A DNA stretch of 64,000 nucleotides from the human T2T-CHM13v2.0 reference genome, Homo sapiens, in NCBI RefSeq assembly GCF_009914755.1, contig NC_060944.1. One strand, written 5' to 3'. Shown here in pieces: positions 30,236 through 45,214 of this stretch. The notes under the pieces were generated by a model. That model was not told the DNA's origin. It saw only the letters and a list, made by a program, of their open reading frames with translations, and did no database searches. Every line of letters begins with the position of its first letter. Position 1 is the stretch's first letter. A program made the position numbers and the translations under genes.

Positions 30236-30944
30236 GAGTCTTTTTATTCCCCACACACTTTCCTTTTTATATGCAGTTGGACTCATGCTGTTTAATATAC
30301 TGCATTTTATTATATGAATTTTCCTGTTTAAATTAAAACTTTTTCTTAGGTTTCAATGTAACCGCAAATCCCCATGATCTGTGAGGTGGATTTTCATGGG
30401 CGCTCAGCTCTTGCTGTTTTAGAAATCATCCAGCCTCCTTCACAGTTGTGTTTGAAATGCTGTGCTCTTCATGGGGCACATGGTTTTCAGTGCTGGAGCC
30501 TTTCTCACCACTGCATTTCATGAACTTGACAGGTTTCATAAGAAGAGACTGTAGACCCAGCCCAGAGAAGCTCATTTTGTCCTAGTTGCAAGTGTTATCA
30601 AATGACTCCACCAAGGGAATGCAAAATGAATTACTCTAATTGCACTAGAAGCATAATGTGAAGTTTGTATTTCACCTTTTGGCCCCTGGGAGAGAAAAAT
30701 GTCACTGACTTTAAATTGCTTTTCCATTTTCCACATAGCCCCAGTTTCCAGTGCCAGCAAAAAATTGCCATTGGAAACATAATGTATGCTGACATGGGCC
30801 TACATGTATTTGTATGTTTTCTCATCTGTGTGGCAAAATTAAAAACTGGATGGCATGAAGAAGTGGGCAGAATCCCTTGTATTACATGAGACTTTGTTGC
30901 CTCCAAGCTCTATGATCTGGAGCCAGTAATTTAATGATCATAAT

Positions 30945-31160
30945 CTGGGGTCGGCAGGTGCAGGCCATGGGCTGAACACAACCCTTAGCCTAATTTTGTA
31001 TGTCCTGTGAACTAAGAATGGCTTTTACATTTTTGAAGCGATGTTTAAAAAATAAATTTAAAAAAAAAACAGGAAAACTAGACAACATGGAACTATGTGT
31101 GCCCCTGAAGCCTAAAATATTTATTATCTGGCTCTTAATGGAAAAGATTTGCTGGTCTCT
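30945..31160. mobile_element. MER58A-like
   Basis: ggggtcggca...ctaagaatggcttttacattttt...aagcctaaaatatttattatctggc. Confidence 0.7.
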
Positions 31161-31451
31161 AATAATAATACTAATAATAGTAGCAGCAGCAGCAGGAAAA
31201 TAGTTTATATTGTATGTCAGACACTGTTCAAAGTGCTTGATATGTATTATCTCATTTAACTCTCACAAGTCTGTGGGATAGGTATTATGATTATCCTCAT
31301 TTTACAAATAAAGATGCCCAGAGAGGTTGAGTAACTTGACTTTTCAAGGCCATACGTCCAGTAAGTGGTGTTTTGAGCCCAGGCAGTGGCTCTCTCTAGT
31401 GCTCTAGATCCTGAATTCTACCACCACCCTGTGCTGCAATTCACAGTTGGC

Positions 31452-31761
31452 TTCTTTTTCTTTTTCTCTTTTTTTTTCTGAGGCAGAGTCTCACTCTGTC
31501 CCCCAAGGCTGTAATACAGTGGTGTGTTCTCAGCTCACCACAACCTCTGCCTCCCGGGTTCAAGTTATTCTTGTGCCTTGGCCTCCCAAGTACCTGGGAT
31601 TACAGGTGCATGCCACCACGCCCAGCTAATTATTGTATTTTTAGTAGAGACCGGGTTTCACCATGTTGACCAGGCTGGTCTCAAACTCCTGGCCTCAAGT
31701 GATCCACCCACCTCGGCCTCCCAAAGTGTTGGGTTACAGGCGTGAGCCACCGTGCACAGCC
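31452..31761 (-). mobile_element. AluS/J
   Basis: Reverse Alu; TSD cagttggct. Confidence 0.9.
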
Positions 31762-32042
31762 AGTTGGCTGATTTAGCTTATCTGTATAAAAACTGGGGCA
31801 GGGAGTGGGGGGAACAGCCTCTTTCACCTGTAACACTGTGTGATGTTAATGTACTTTTTAGGCAAATGTTTTAAGATCATTATCTGTGGGAGCTATAGTC
31901 ATACAGTAGTACTTCCCGAATTAGTGGCCTGAAAAAAGGATTCCTTAAAAAAGTCCACATATAAAGGGGGTTCTTTGGTCAGCTAAGCATGAGAAAGCCT
32001 TTAGACAGGTTTCTTTATGGTAGTGCTTTCAGAAGAAGTATT

Positions 32043-32194
32043 TCTTTTTTTTTTTTTTGGAGGAGCTGGGTCTCAGATATATTTGAGTCTTAGTGCTTTA
32101 CTCTTTTTTTTTAAGTTTTAGGGTACATATGCACAACGTGCAGGTTAGTTACATATGTATACATGTGCCATGTTGGTGTGCTGCACCCATCAAC
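32043..32194 (-). mobile_element. Extremely 5'-truncated L1PA (~90 bp) with ~45-bp 3' transduction and second poly(A)
   Basis: L1PA 3' end 32104-32194; TSD cagaagaagtatt at 32030-32042 and 32194-32206. Confidence 0.85.
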
Positions 32195-33545
32195 AGAAGA
32201 AGTATTATTCTTATGTGGATCTCAGCAAGGAAGAAAGCTATTCAGCTGTTTCCTAAACTTTTTTTTTAATTTTTTGATGAGACACCATTAACATCTTTCA
32301 GAACCAGTGTGGCACTGAATAAAAGTCAGTAAATTATATCATAGAGGCATTATTCAGCTCAATATTTTTCTAGAAGTATCAAAACAATGATGTAATCTAA
32401 GGATTCATTTATTCATATTTACCATAAATATTCTATTTATTTTCCCTGTTTTTCCACTTCCACTTGTCTTCACTCCTCACTGTTTTCTGCTGTGTGTGGG
32501 GAGACTTTACCTTAAAAGACAGAGAACCAGGTAATGAAACTCAAGCCCACCGATTTAGATTCCTTTTAGTAGCTCTTATATTGAAAGTCCTATTTAGTTT
32601 ATAGAATTACCTATAGATTTGATTTGCTTGAACTAAATTGGTGGATGCTGCCTAGTTAAGAGTTAGACAAAGGCTTCTTGATTGATTATATTGATCTCAG
32701 ACTAAGCAGGTATGATTGTCATCAAGTTGAAATACTATTTACTTTGGCATGACTTAATTTGCCAACATTGTCAACAGGTACCTGTCAGGAAGAATGTGAC
32801 CGATAAATACAGGCCATCAACTAAAGAAACAACTCTATGAACACCTTTTAATTCACCAGCTGTTTACTCATCCCATACCAACAGAATTTCACAAATTTGA
32901 CTGAGTTGAGTCCAAAAGTAATGCTGTCAAAAAACTGATGGTTGCTGACTGGCTTAAGATGATGCTTTTGGTTTTCTCAACATTTTAAAATCCCTCCATT
33001 CTTCTAGAGCTTTCCATTTGGATGCCAAATAATGTTACATAAAATAAACCAAAAATCTTATTTTATTTTTGAAAGATTTCTGGGGATGTAGGAATGTAGT
33101 TGGTCTGTGGACTTTCAGGCACTAAAGAACATCATGTGTTGTATATCTAAATCAGAAGCACAAGTGAATATAGGCATTAATGTAAGTATACTCTATGTAT
33201 ACATTTTTCCCTCCTGATCTTTTGTGTCCATAACAGTATATTTATTGTAGTAGATATTTGGAAATAGATGCAGTTATTTGTGACAAGATTCTATAGATCC
33301 AATAGGACATTGCTACAGGGTATCTATTAATATATAGAATCAGGCTTAGGCAATGCAAAAATTGTGTCTAAGGAATGCTAACAAAGCCATTTGGTATGGA
33401 AGTTTGGGACTGCAGCTTCTGAACAGCACAGGTGTCCTCTTTTTTCTTGTGACTATTTAGAGGCTCTTTTTGACCTAACTGGCCAGTGTTGTCAAGATAA
33501 CCAGCAAGGCTGATAGACTGTTTTGACTCTCTGGGAGTGACTAAA

Positions 33546-33840
33546 TTAATTTTGTCTAGGAATGTATAAATATTATCCTCACCCATTCAATTATCTCTTT
33601 CAAACATAGCCACCCATACTCATAGATGGCAGCTTATTTCTTGCACAAATACTCATTCACCATGCTCTGAGGGTAATTTAAGAATCATATGATTTAATTT
33701 TGTCTAGGAATGTATAAATATTATCCTCACCCATTCAGTTCTATCTTTCAAATACAGCCTCCCATGCTAATAGATGGCAGCTTCTTTTTTGCTCACATAC
33801 TCATTCAGCATGCTCTGAGGGTGATTTAAAAATCATATGA
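33546..33840. repeat. Diverged 148-bp tandem duplication
   Basis: ttaattttgtctaggaatgtataaatattatcctcacccattca...aatcatatga twice. Confidence 0.93.
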
Positions 33841-34714
33841 CACTTAATATATTTCTTCTTTCACTTTCATCAATTTTACTCTGTAGCTTCAGACTGTCAA
33901 GAAAAAGAGGCCCCAGTTGCTCTCTTTTTCCCCCTTTCAATTCTTCTCTTTTAGAATTTGAAAACTTTATGAGGATTATTATTGACTTCCCAAGGGCTTT
34001 TGAAATTAATGTTGGGTTGTCTTTTTAATTTTTGTGGGGGCAAAAGTCCTGTTGCTTTTTAGCCACCAGTTTCAGAAGTAGGTTGCTGTCAGTCATTATC
34101 ACAGGCTCACTGATGTAGCTTTCTATCCTGGGTTTATCAACTGGACTTGTGTAGGATGGCAGCTTAGCTCCTTTATTATGCAGGAAAGTCTTCACTGTCT
34201 TTTTTCTTGCACTCATCTTTCTTGCAGCAACAGTTCATGGTGAATTGCCCTCTTGTCCCATGGGCATGTGGGCGTTTCCAACACTGACATTGATATCTTG
34301 TGACACTAACACTTAGTACCTGCACTTGTCTGTCCTTGGTGGAGCCAGGAGAAATCAGCTGACATGAAAGAGAGAACTTGTTTAATTTTTACTTCTTAAC
34401 ATGATTTAGAAGTTGGTCTGTTATACAAACAAACATTAGTGGTTTTGTTCCTTTTTAATTTTAGGCTGGATTTAGTGTCCTAGATGAATACCTTTGAAAG
34501 ATAAAATGTTCATTTGTCAAGTCCTGCCTGTACCATCAGCTTCTCCACTCTCCACCTCTGCCACTGGGGTTTTATAATTCCCAGGCCTCAGACCTGGACC
34601 AAATGCTGTGGGAATGGGGACTCAGGCTTTGGGAACGCTGGCCCTTAGCCTCTGGCTCCTCCTGCTGCTCTGCTGGCTCTGGCCTTGGTCCTTAGGTCTG
34701 GACTGGACAGTTGG

Positions 34715-34847
34715 TGGCCCAAGTCATGTTCTGATATACCCCAATTTTAAGAAGTAGACCTCTGTCTGGTTTCTGTACTGGCCCAAGTCATGTTCTGATC
34801 ATGTACCCCAATTCTAAAAAGTAGACCTGTGTCTGGTTTCTGTACTG
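34715..34847. repeat. ~64-bp tandem duplication
   Basis: tggcccaagtcatgttctgat...gtctggtttctgtac twice. Confidence 0.92.
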
Positions 34848-35344
34848 AATCATCTGGTAAGAGTTATCCCAAGAAGCCCAGATCTTCCAGACCAGAACTA
34901 TCTCAAGCAGGAGGAGCTGTAACTTCCAACAGTCTTCCTCTGGGCCAGCTCCCTGCTGCCTGATGAGATCCTGGAAATCACCAGCTCCTGAATTTCCTGT
35001 GGCTGTGAAATATCCTCTTACCCAACCTCCCTGCAGCTGCCTGCATTGCTTTTATGTTGCCTGTAACTTTCTTTCAAATACTTCAACACATGCAGTGGGG
35101 TGTGTGTGAATTTTCATCCAAAACCAGGGAATGAGAATTTAAAATTTTAAATGCTCACCCTAAAGGTAGTTAGTTAGCGTTTGAAAAATTTGAATCAAAG
35201 CTTAAAGATCAATCATTATATATAAATTATAGCTCAATAAAATTAATTCAAAATAAAATAAAACAAGCCTACCCTCCAGTGGCCACCTACACACCCCCTT
35301 CAGTTAATTTTCTCTCTCATTAGCACCAGGTGCTCTGATACTAG

Positions 35345-36012
35345 CCTCCTGGAGTGGTTTCTACATGATAGACACCTGGAGGCTTGTTAAAATGCAGATT
35401 ACTGGGCCCTGCCCCCAAGTTGCTGATTCTGTAGATTTGGGATAGGGCCTGAGAATGGGCACTTCCGGTAAATTCCTATGAGATGCTCAACCCGCTGATC
35501 AAGGGAACCACACTTGAGAACCTCTGGCATAATGCAGACTGGAACTACCTTTTCTTTGGTGGAGTTCTTCATGGTATTCAAGATATGCAATTTGTGTAGA
35601 AATAAGGTACAAGCCCTGGTATCCTTGTGAGCCTAGGGCACAGGAATCTGGCAAGCCCAAATGCCTGCCTGGTATCTGTTGGAAGCTTGTTAGAAATGCA
35701 GAATCTCAGTGCAGATGCCAGGCTTACTAAATCCAACTCTGTGGTTCACAAATGCCCCCAGGTGATCCAAATGCACATTAAAGTTTGAGAAACACCTGCC
35801 CAAACCAAATTTAGTTCACATCATCTAGTTCAATTGTCCTCAACTATAGGTTCACGTTAGAGTTACCTGCAGTGTTTAAAAAAGCAGATTGAAAGACAGC
35901 CCAAGTACATTCTAATTATTAGTTAGAATCTCTAGGGTGAGACCCAGGCTTCTGAAATGTCTTATAATTCCCCCAGGTGATTCTAATGTACCACAGGTGC
36001 TGGGAACTACCA
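35345..36012. mobile_element. Cluster of three MER5A/B elements
   Basis: Repeated gcttgttaaaatgcaga / gcttgttagaaatgcaga cores at ~35345-35525, 35640-35800 and 35835-36010. Confidence 0.7.
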
Positions 36013-36171
36013 GTCTAGTCTCTCTAAGTGCTATCCGCATAGTTCTTTTAACAGTGTACTAGCTGGAAATGTCTTCCCTTTAGCCTGCCCTCAAAGTTAA
36101 ATACTGACAATTTAATGCCAACTAAACCTTCTCCTAATTCAAATGAAATGATTTCATTTGCCATGCTTTTT

Positions 36172-37232
<1,061 letters not shown>

Positions 37233-37737
37233 TTATAGACTCATAAGAGGAAACATGTTGGTGGTGATTTATCTACAGTCCCTATTTATTTTAGAATCTG
37301 AGGCACTGGCTATATTTCATGGCAAGCTAAAACTCAAATGCCTTCATGAAACTAAATTTCTAGCTTAAGATGAAGGTGTAGTTCCTGCACTGAATAGCCT
37401 TCATCTGTAGATTTGTGAAATGTTGCAGTTTTACATCTAAGCACCTTATAAGGAATTCTATCTTAGACAAGATTAGATCCTGTGGCAATCTTTATTTGAA
37501 AAGCTTCATAGTTTGCTCCAAGTGCATGGAAATGTGTCTTATTTCTCTTGAATGCCCTTTAGGTCTTAACAGAATTCACAGTGCCAAGGAGTCAAAAACT
37601 ATATTTCAAATTATATACATTCCTGACATATTATTTGAGCAGATTAAAACTGATGGATAGAGCAATTTAGGCACCTTGAAAGTAGCTACTTGAAAAATGC
37701 CAACTTTTTCTTATCTCCATTCACTTAAACAAAAATG

Positions 37738-38040
37738 GGCCAGGTGCAGTGGCTCATGCCTGTAATCCCAGCACTTTAGGAGGCCGAAGCAGATACATAG
37801 CTTGAGCCCAGGAGTTTGAGACCAACCTGGGCAACATGGCCAGACCCCATCTCTGCAAAAAATACCAAAATTGGCTGGGTGTGGTGGCTCACACTTGTGG
37901 TCTCAGCTTCTGGGAGGCTGAGGTGGGAAAATCATCTGGACCCAGGGAGGTCAAGGCAGCAGTGAGCCTTGATTGTGGCCACTGCACTCCAGCCTGGGCA
38001 ACAGAACAAAACCCTGTCTCAAAACAAATAGAAAAGTAAA
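37738..38040 (+). mobile_element. AluJ
   Basis: cttgagcccaggagtttgagacc; gaggtcaaggcagcagtgagc. Confidence 0.9.
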
Positions 38041-38408
38041 ACAAGAAAACAACAAAATTAATTGATCTAGATTTGTGAGTTGTCGATACCAAGAAGTTCC
38101 CATGTTTTAAATATTTCAGATGGCCCCGTCATTGATTATTCTCACAGCTCAGATATAGGGAAGATGAAAGCTGCTGCCTATAGCATCTTGCATCCTCTTG
38201 CTTCCACATACAAGAAATGTGAACTTCAATCCCCTAAAAAGGTCAGAGTTTCCATTCTAGTGAACACATTTGTTCAGCCCAGGTGGGGTGGGACATGACA
38301 AAAACCAAGAGTGGGTCTAGAACCATGGGGCTCTTCCCAGGGCTATCACTATGAGATAGAATATCCTGTGTGTAGTCACTCTCAGAAACAGCAGCTCCCT
38401 TAGGAAAC

Positions 38409-38757
38409 TGCTGTGTCCTGAATGCTTGTGTCCCACCAAAATTAATAAACTGAAATCCTACCCTCTAAGGTGATGGCATTAGAGGATGGGGCCTTTGGGA
38501 GGTGATTAGGTCATGAGTGTGGAGCCCTCAGGAAGAGGATTAGTGTCCTTATTTTAAAAAGGTACCAGATAGCCCCCTTGCCCTTTCCACTGCATGAGGA
38601 CATAGCTAGAAGGCACTACCTATGAACTAGAAAGCTGCCACTGAATCTGTTGGCGCCTTGATCTTGGATTCTCCAGCCCCCAGAACTGTGAGAAATAAAT
38701 TTCTGTTGCTTATAAGCTACCCATATATTGTATTTTGTTGTGTGTCAAACAAAGACA
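38409..38757 (+). mobile_element. MLT1A-type MaLR LTR
   Basis: ggggcctttgggaggtgattaggtcatgag...cagaactgtgagaaataaatttctgttg. Confidence 0.82.
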
Positions 38758-38827
38758 AAAACCAAACTCACATCTTATATGGGCAGTGGAAGGAGAACTC
38801 CAAGTTGAGGGGGGCTGCTCTTTTAGA

Positions 38828-39175
38828 CCTATGATTCTCAAATTCTAATGTGCACACCAGTCATCTGGGGATCATGCTAAAATGCAGATTCTGATTCCAT
38901 GGTTCTGGGATGAGACCTGGGACTCTGCATTCCTAACAAGCTCCCAGATGATGTTGATGCTGTTGGTCTTGGGGCCCTTTGAGTAGTAAGGGTTTGCAAC
39001 AGTGCTTCTTAAATGTGTGTGTGCAAAAGAATCACAGGGAAGGCTGATTAAAACGTGGATTCCTATTTCCCATCCTGAAGATTGATTCAGCCGGAGGCCT
39101 GATAATTTGCATTTTAACAAGTTCCCAGGTGATCCTGATGCTGCTGGTCCCCAGACTACATTTTAATAACAAGCC
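38828..39175. mobile_element. Two adjacent MER5A/B elements
   Basis: Two copies of the ...aacaag(c/t)tcccag(a/g)tgat...tgatgctg(t/c)tggtc core. Confidence 0.75.
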
Positions 39176-39516
39176 TCTAGTTAACTTTTGAACAACTTAA
39201 TTAAGATACCTTCACTAGTAGCCTCTTCTGTGAAAACAGAGAGCCAAACATCAAAAGATGAAGGAGGATGCTACTGAGTCCCTTTGGAGAAAATTACATC
39301 ACAAACTTGGAGAGTGCCACAGGGTCTCTGTTCATTTTTCCATTGACAATATGCTTCTTTGACTAAAGACGAAAAATAATTCTTCAGGATCAAAACCTAG
39401 AGATAAGATTGGAACCCTAAGATTGGAAGTAGTGCTGCCTGATGAATAATAGGACTAGTTATTTTAGGATGACGGGCCAGCCTGTGCCTAGTGAAAGCTT
39501 AGAAATGCCAATAGCA

Positions 39517-39858
<342 letters not shown>

Positions 39859-41827
39859 TTAATATACGTCATGAGATTTGGGGTGATGTTTACTTCTTAC
39901 TGTGTATTTCTTTGCTTTACACTTTCCTATGAAGCATATTTAAATATTGTTTTCATAAACTGGGGGAAAAACCCTAACCAATATTTTTAAAAGAAAAAAG
40001 TAAAATATATGCTCAGTGTAAGTTCATAGTATTTTTGGTTTGTGTTTGTTGTATCTGTGTCTCTCTACGTTTGTATTTTCATGGGAAAGGGATTATTTTT
40101 GTCTATGTCAGTCCTAATGTTCCCGGGGCAAAGGTGATAGATGGGTAAGAGCAAGGTCTAAACATATGCCTGGAAGTTGGACAGGGCCTGGGGTGGTGAA
40201 AATAAATTTAAGGAGTCCCAGAGGAGAGGTCAAAAGCTCCAGGAGAGAATTAGAGGCAGCTTCTCTTTCTCTCCTTGCCCTCCAAACAATTCAGCACAAG
40301 CCCTCAAGTCCCTTGAAGAGTCTTTCTTTCCCCCTTCTTCTTAGAAGGGCTGAAACACACTTTAAGTTAACTTAGGAATGGTTAGAAAAGGTTAAAAAAA
40401 TGGGAGAACAGTAGCAATTAACAAGCTGCTAGGGAAACAGGGAAACCGTGCTGATCCGAACATCAGAGCCGACCTCCTGTGGTCTGGTTCCCTAGCACCC
40501 AGGCTCAGGCTTCGGCTTGGGGTGGCCGGACCAGAAGGAAAGTGCCCCGTGTGGCAGAAGTCATCTCAGGAGCGTGTCGCCATCCAGCCAATGACTTGTG
40601 TTCCAAGGACTGGAAAATGCGCTTCCTGGACACTATGTAGATGATTACCACACGAGCTTATTTTCAGCAATTCAAGAAAGAATCCAATTCGTGGTTTATT
40701 GCTTCTGTTAGTCTGGAAATGGTCAAACAAGTTGATAGGCATCTAGTTCACGCCTGGCGTAACTTTCCAACAAAACTCCAGGGCTCTACTGACACCTGCT
40801 GGCATTTCATCTACTTTATGTTAAAAAAACCCCAACAAGACAAAGAATCATTAATATTTTTCCTGCAGTCCTTTGCCCTTGTTATGTTACTTGTACTTTA
40901 CCTGAACGATAATAGAAGGGGCCTTTACCATGTCGTGAGGAGAGAAGTGTGGGCAAGCCATTGGGTGAAAATAAAAATCCCCAACACGAAGAATGTACCA
41001 CAGAGCTCTTGTTGCCTGTCTGCCCTGCACCAGCTGCTCTGTGACCTTAGGCAAGGCCATTGACCTCACTTTCATCATTGCAAGAAGAAAGAGGCAGCAA
41101 CCTTCCCTCCCAGTTCCCTTTAGGGCTTCTGAGGATGCTGGTGGCATTTCCTACTAACTAAAGCATGGGCCCTGTCACTGGAGTGATGGCCTTAAAGGTC
41201 ACTCTCACTGACCTTTCCATCACAATAAACAAGATTCCTTGCCAGCGTTGTATGTTCAAAAGATGAATGAAAGTTATTTAAGCCTCTTCAAAGTGCACCA
41301 TCTCTGTAATTTATTTCGACAAACAACTAAATTAGAATGATCAGAAAAAGCCCAGTGAACAGTCTCAGAAATTGTCCACTTTTTTTTTTTTTGTCTAGGA
41401 AACTATGGACTTTGTTTTGTGTTTTAGAACATGTAGTAAGCCTGCAGGTTGAGAAAATGCATCCCAGTTAATGCCAACCCAATTATTTGTGCTTTTTCTG
41501 TCTATTCTTGGGAAACTCTGTGTGGGCCTGTGGTTTGTTAGGTCAATAACAGGATATTTGATAGTCTGCAGGGAGTTATAGTCCATATTTAGCCTGACAG
41601 AGGAAGTGAGTTCTGCTGATGAAAAATAATTGAGGCATTTCTTTAATTCTACTATTTCATTTCTTCATCTTCCTTCAGAATCCTGACCCCACTATGATGC
41701 TTGCTGAGGCTTTCGATGCTATTTACAGCTCTGCTTTTGCTAGTCACAAAAGAAAATTTACCTCTTATAACCCCTAAGTCTTCCCTCAGAAAACTGTTAG
41801 GTGTGACCAGGATCAGCAAAAACTGTT

Positions 41828-42580
41828 AGATTCACATCCATTAGTTTGGCTACTACTTAAAAAAAGAAACAAACAAACAAAAAAACCCAGAAAATATCAA
41901 GTGTTGTTGAGGATGTAGACAAATTAGAACCCTGAGCAAAAGGGTTCCCTTGTTGCATTTGCAGTCCTTTGTTGGTGGGGGAAAAATGGTATGGCCACGA
42001 TGAAAAACAGTATGGTATTTCCTTTAAAAATTAAAAAATAGAATTACTATATGATCCAGAAGTTCCACATCTGGTTATTTATCCATAAATAAGAATTGAA
42101 AGCAGTAACTTATTTGTGTATCAATATTCATAGCAGACATGCAATTCACAATGGACAGGGAGTCCATCAGAGGTGAATGGATGAGTGTATTATTCAGCCT
42201 TTAAAAGGGAAGAAATTCCGACACATGGTAGAGCATGGATGAACTTTGAGGACTTTATGCTAAGTGAAGAAAGCCAGTCACAAAATGACAAATTCTGTAT
42301 GGTTCCATTTATATGAGGCACCTAGCATAGTCAGAATCACAGAGACAGAAAGGAGAATGGTATTAATATTTATCAATGGCTGGGAGGAGGGGGAGATGGG
42401 GAGTTATTTAATGGATATGGAGTTTCAGTTTTGCAAGATGAAAAGAGTTCTGGAGATGGCTGGTTATGTTGGTTGCATAACAACATGAATGTACTTACTG
42501 CCACTGAATTTTTCATTTAAAAATGGTGAAGGTGATAAATGTTATGTTATGTCCATTTTTAACACAATTAAAATTAAAAG
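41828..42580 (+). mobile_element. L1MB 3' portion
   Basis: caagtgttgttgaggatg...tatgctaagtgaagaaagccagtcacaa...gagtttcagttttgcaagatgaaaagagttctggagatgg. Confidence 0.82.
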
Positions 42581-42692
42581 AAAGGTTAAACAGCAAAAAA
42601 CAAAACAAAACCATACTCTGTTAGAACGCAGTCATCACCTTTGCCCTTACAGAGATTAAATTGCTTGACTTTTTAAAACCTGGTTCTACTGG

Positions 42693-42872
42693 GCAGTGCT
42701 GTCCAACAGTCCCATCTGTGATGATGGAAATTATCTGCACTGTCTGAGCCATCAACCCCATGTTGATGTTTAAGCATGTAAAATGTGATTAGTGCAAATG
42801 AGACACTGAACTTTATATTTATTAAATTTAAATAGCCATATGTGTCTAGTGGATACCATACTAGACAGTGCA
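42693..42872. mobile_element. MER3
   Basis: cagtgctgtccaa...ctgtgatgatggaaat...tagacagtgc. Confidence 0.75.
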
Positions 42873-43631
42873 TATAGAGTATACGTCTATATTACTATCT
42901 ATTCCAAGATATTTTTCCTTCCTCAGCACTAAGCCGCAAATCTAAGCAGTCAGGCTGTAAACCTAAGAAGGTAAGGAATCAGCTTATGTGTGGGCCACCG
43001 TTCTATTTAACCCAAATGTCAATTTGCTACGAAGTGTTTTGCCGAGGGTATGATTCTTCTATGGCATTCATTGGCATCAGTTTTTGGACCCAAGGGCAGA
43101 GTTGGCCTTAATTCATGGGCTGAGCTTTTCTAGTAAATGCCCTTTTAGAGACCCAAATTCCTCTACTGCCATGCACAATTTCCCTTCACTTGTCCTTGTA
43201 AAACAGTGGAGTGATGGTATGAACTACAAGTGAGGTCCAAGTCCTTATACAGAAATTATGTGAGCACATCGCTGTTTGCTCTGATCACCCTGGCAATGAA
43301 AGAATGTTTTTCTTTTTAAGGCTTTGCTGGAAAACATAGGTAAGATAAGTAACAAACTCTTAGATTGAAAGGATCACACAATAAAATTGATGAACCCCTA
43401 TTCATTTATCCTCTAAAGTGAAAATAGTTAAATATGTCATGTATTTTATAATGCTGGTTGGAAATAATTAAGATTGCCAGCAACTGAAAAAGGGCTTATA
43501 TTTAAACAAGCTGCAAATAGAAAGCTTCACAAGTCAGTCAGTGGGCAACATTCCTTTGTGGCAGCCCAGAGTTTAATGGCACAATAGATGGCACATTTGT
43601 CTTCATGGAAAGAATGAAAGCTGTTTATTAA

Positions 43632-43880
<249 letters not shown>

Positions 43881-45214
43881 TGAGTGTTGTTTGCATTACT
43901 CGTTTTTCTTGGCAGTTATCAAACAAATGGTCAGATGAAGAGATGAAGGCTAGGTGGTTCCTTCCTCCAAATTCCTGCTTGCCTTTCCCTCCATGCTCCT
44001 GACCTTGGAGTTGACCAACACACACCTGTACTCTTCATACCACGTAGAAAGGCATGCATGATAAACCCATAGCCCAAAACCTATATGAAAAGAATAGTTG
44101 ATGGTCAAAGGACACTGGAACCTCAGTCACTCTGTATGCTGTCAGTTGTGGGTACTGGCTTTTGTGTCCCCAGATTGAGTTTTCTGATAGACAGCTCTGC
44201 ATGTCTGGAGCCATCGCTGAGTGCTGGGGTAATTCTATCCTCTGCTGCATAAAACTGAGAAATGAGGAGTGTGACCAAGAGACGCACTTGCCAATGCACC
44301 TGAAAAAGAAGCCTCAGCCCCAAGTGCAGTGCTCCTTGTTTAGCACACCGTCAGGGATCCAAAGTTACCTCTGAATTTTTTTCTGTAGGATTCAGTTATT
44401 TAAAGATTTGATCAAGGATCCAATGGTGATTTCCAAATTTATTTTTTCCATGAAAGAAGGAATTACTCCAGCTTACAGTATCTGAAATCCAGAGGAGTAC
44501 TACAGTGGTAGATTTAAACCCTACCCAAGTTAACCTTTCAAGGTGACATGAAAATCACCCACAAAGGAATCCTAGCCAAAGTCAAATGTCAGCCAGTTTG
44601 AAAAGCAGTGATCCGTGAAGGTGGGGGCCATCTGCCTTCACAGGGCCATTGGCAGGCAGTTGTGAGGTGCCAAGGGGAACCATGTTGAGAAATTGCAGGG
44701 ATAAGCCTGTATCTCTCAAAATTATGCCCCAGCACCAAGAGTGTGATTCATCATACTCACTTGGCAATGGGCCAAGAGGTTAGTCCTAAAGGTACTGTCA
44801 TGTCTTATCTTCTGGTCATTGTGGCAGGTGCTTACAGGTGTGGTCTCTAGGCTATAAATCCCGGCTTCACCATGGCAAATTCTTACACTTGTGCCTCACT
44901 GTCCTCATCTGTGAATCAAAATTACCATGCAGATGAAATTGGAAAGTATTCTTTATTCAATACTACTTATCTTGTTATGGTATCCCTCCAATTTTCTTTC
45001 ACCCTTTTAGTGGAGGAAAGTTATTTAGTCTTATCTATTTCTATGTGTTGTGCAGCTGCTTCTTCTTTTCCTCTGCAGTTGCCCTGGCATGTGTTTTTAA
45101 AGAGAAACCCAGTGGATATTCTGATGTTATGACTTCAGGCACTGATAGTCCTAAAGGGTCAAAAACTTTTAGAAGGCTTGCTTATACCTGAGTGACACAA
45201 ATATCTCTATCTGA

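Noticed and set aside
40641-41063. 140-aa ORF
   Set aside because: No homology recognised; runs into a MIR-like segment; no supporting exon structure.
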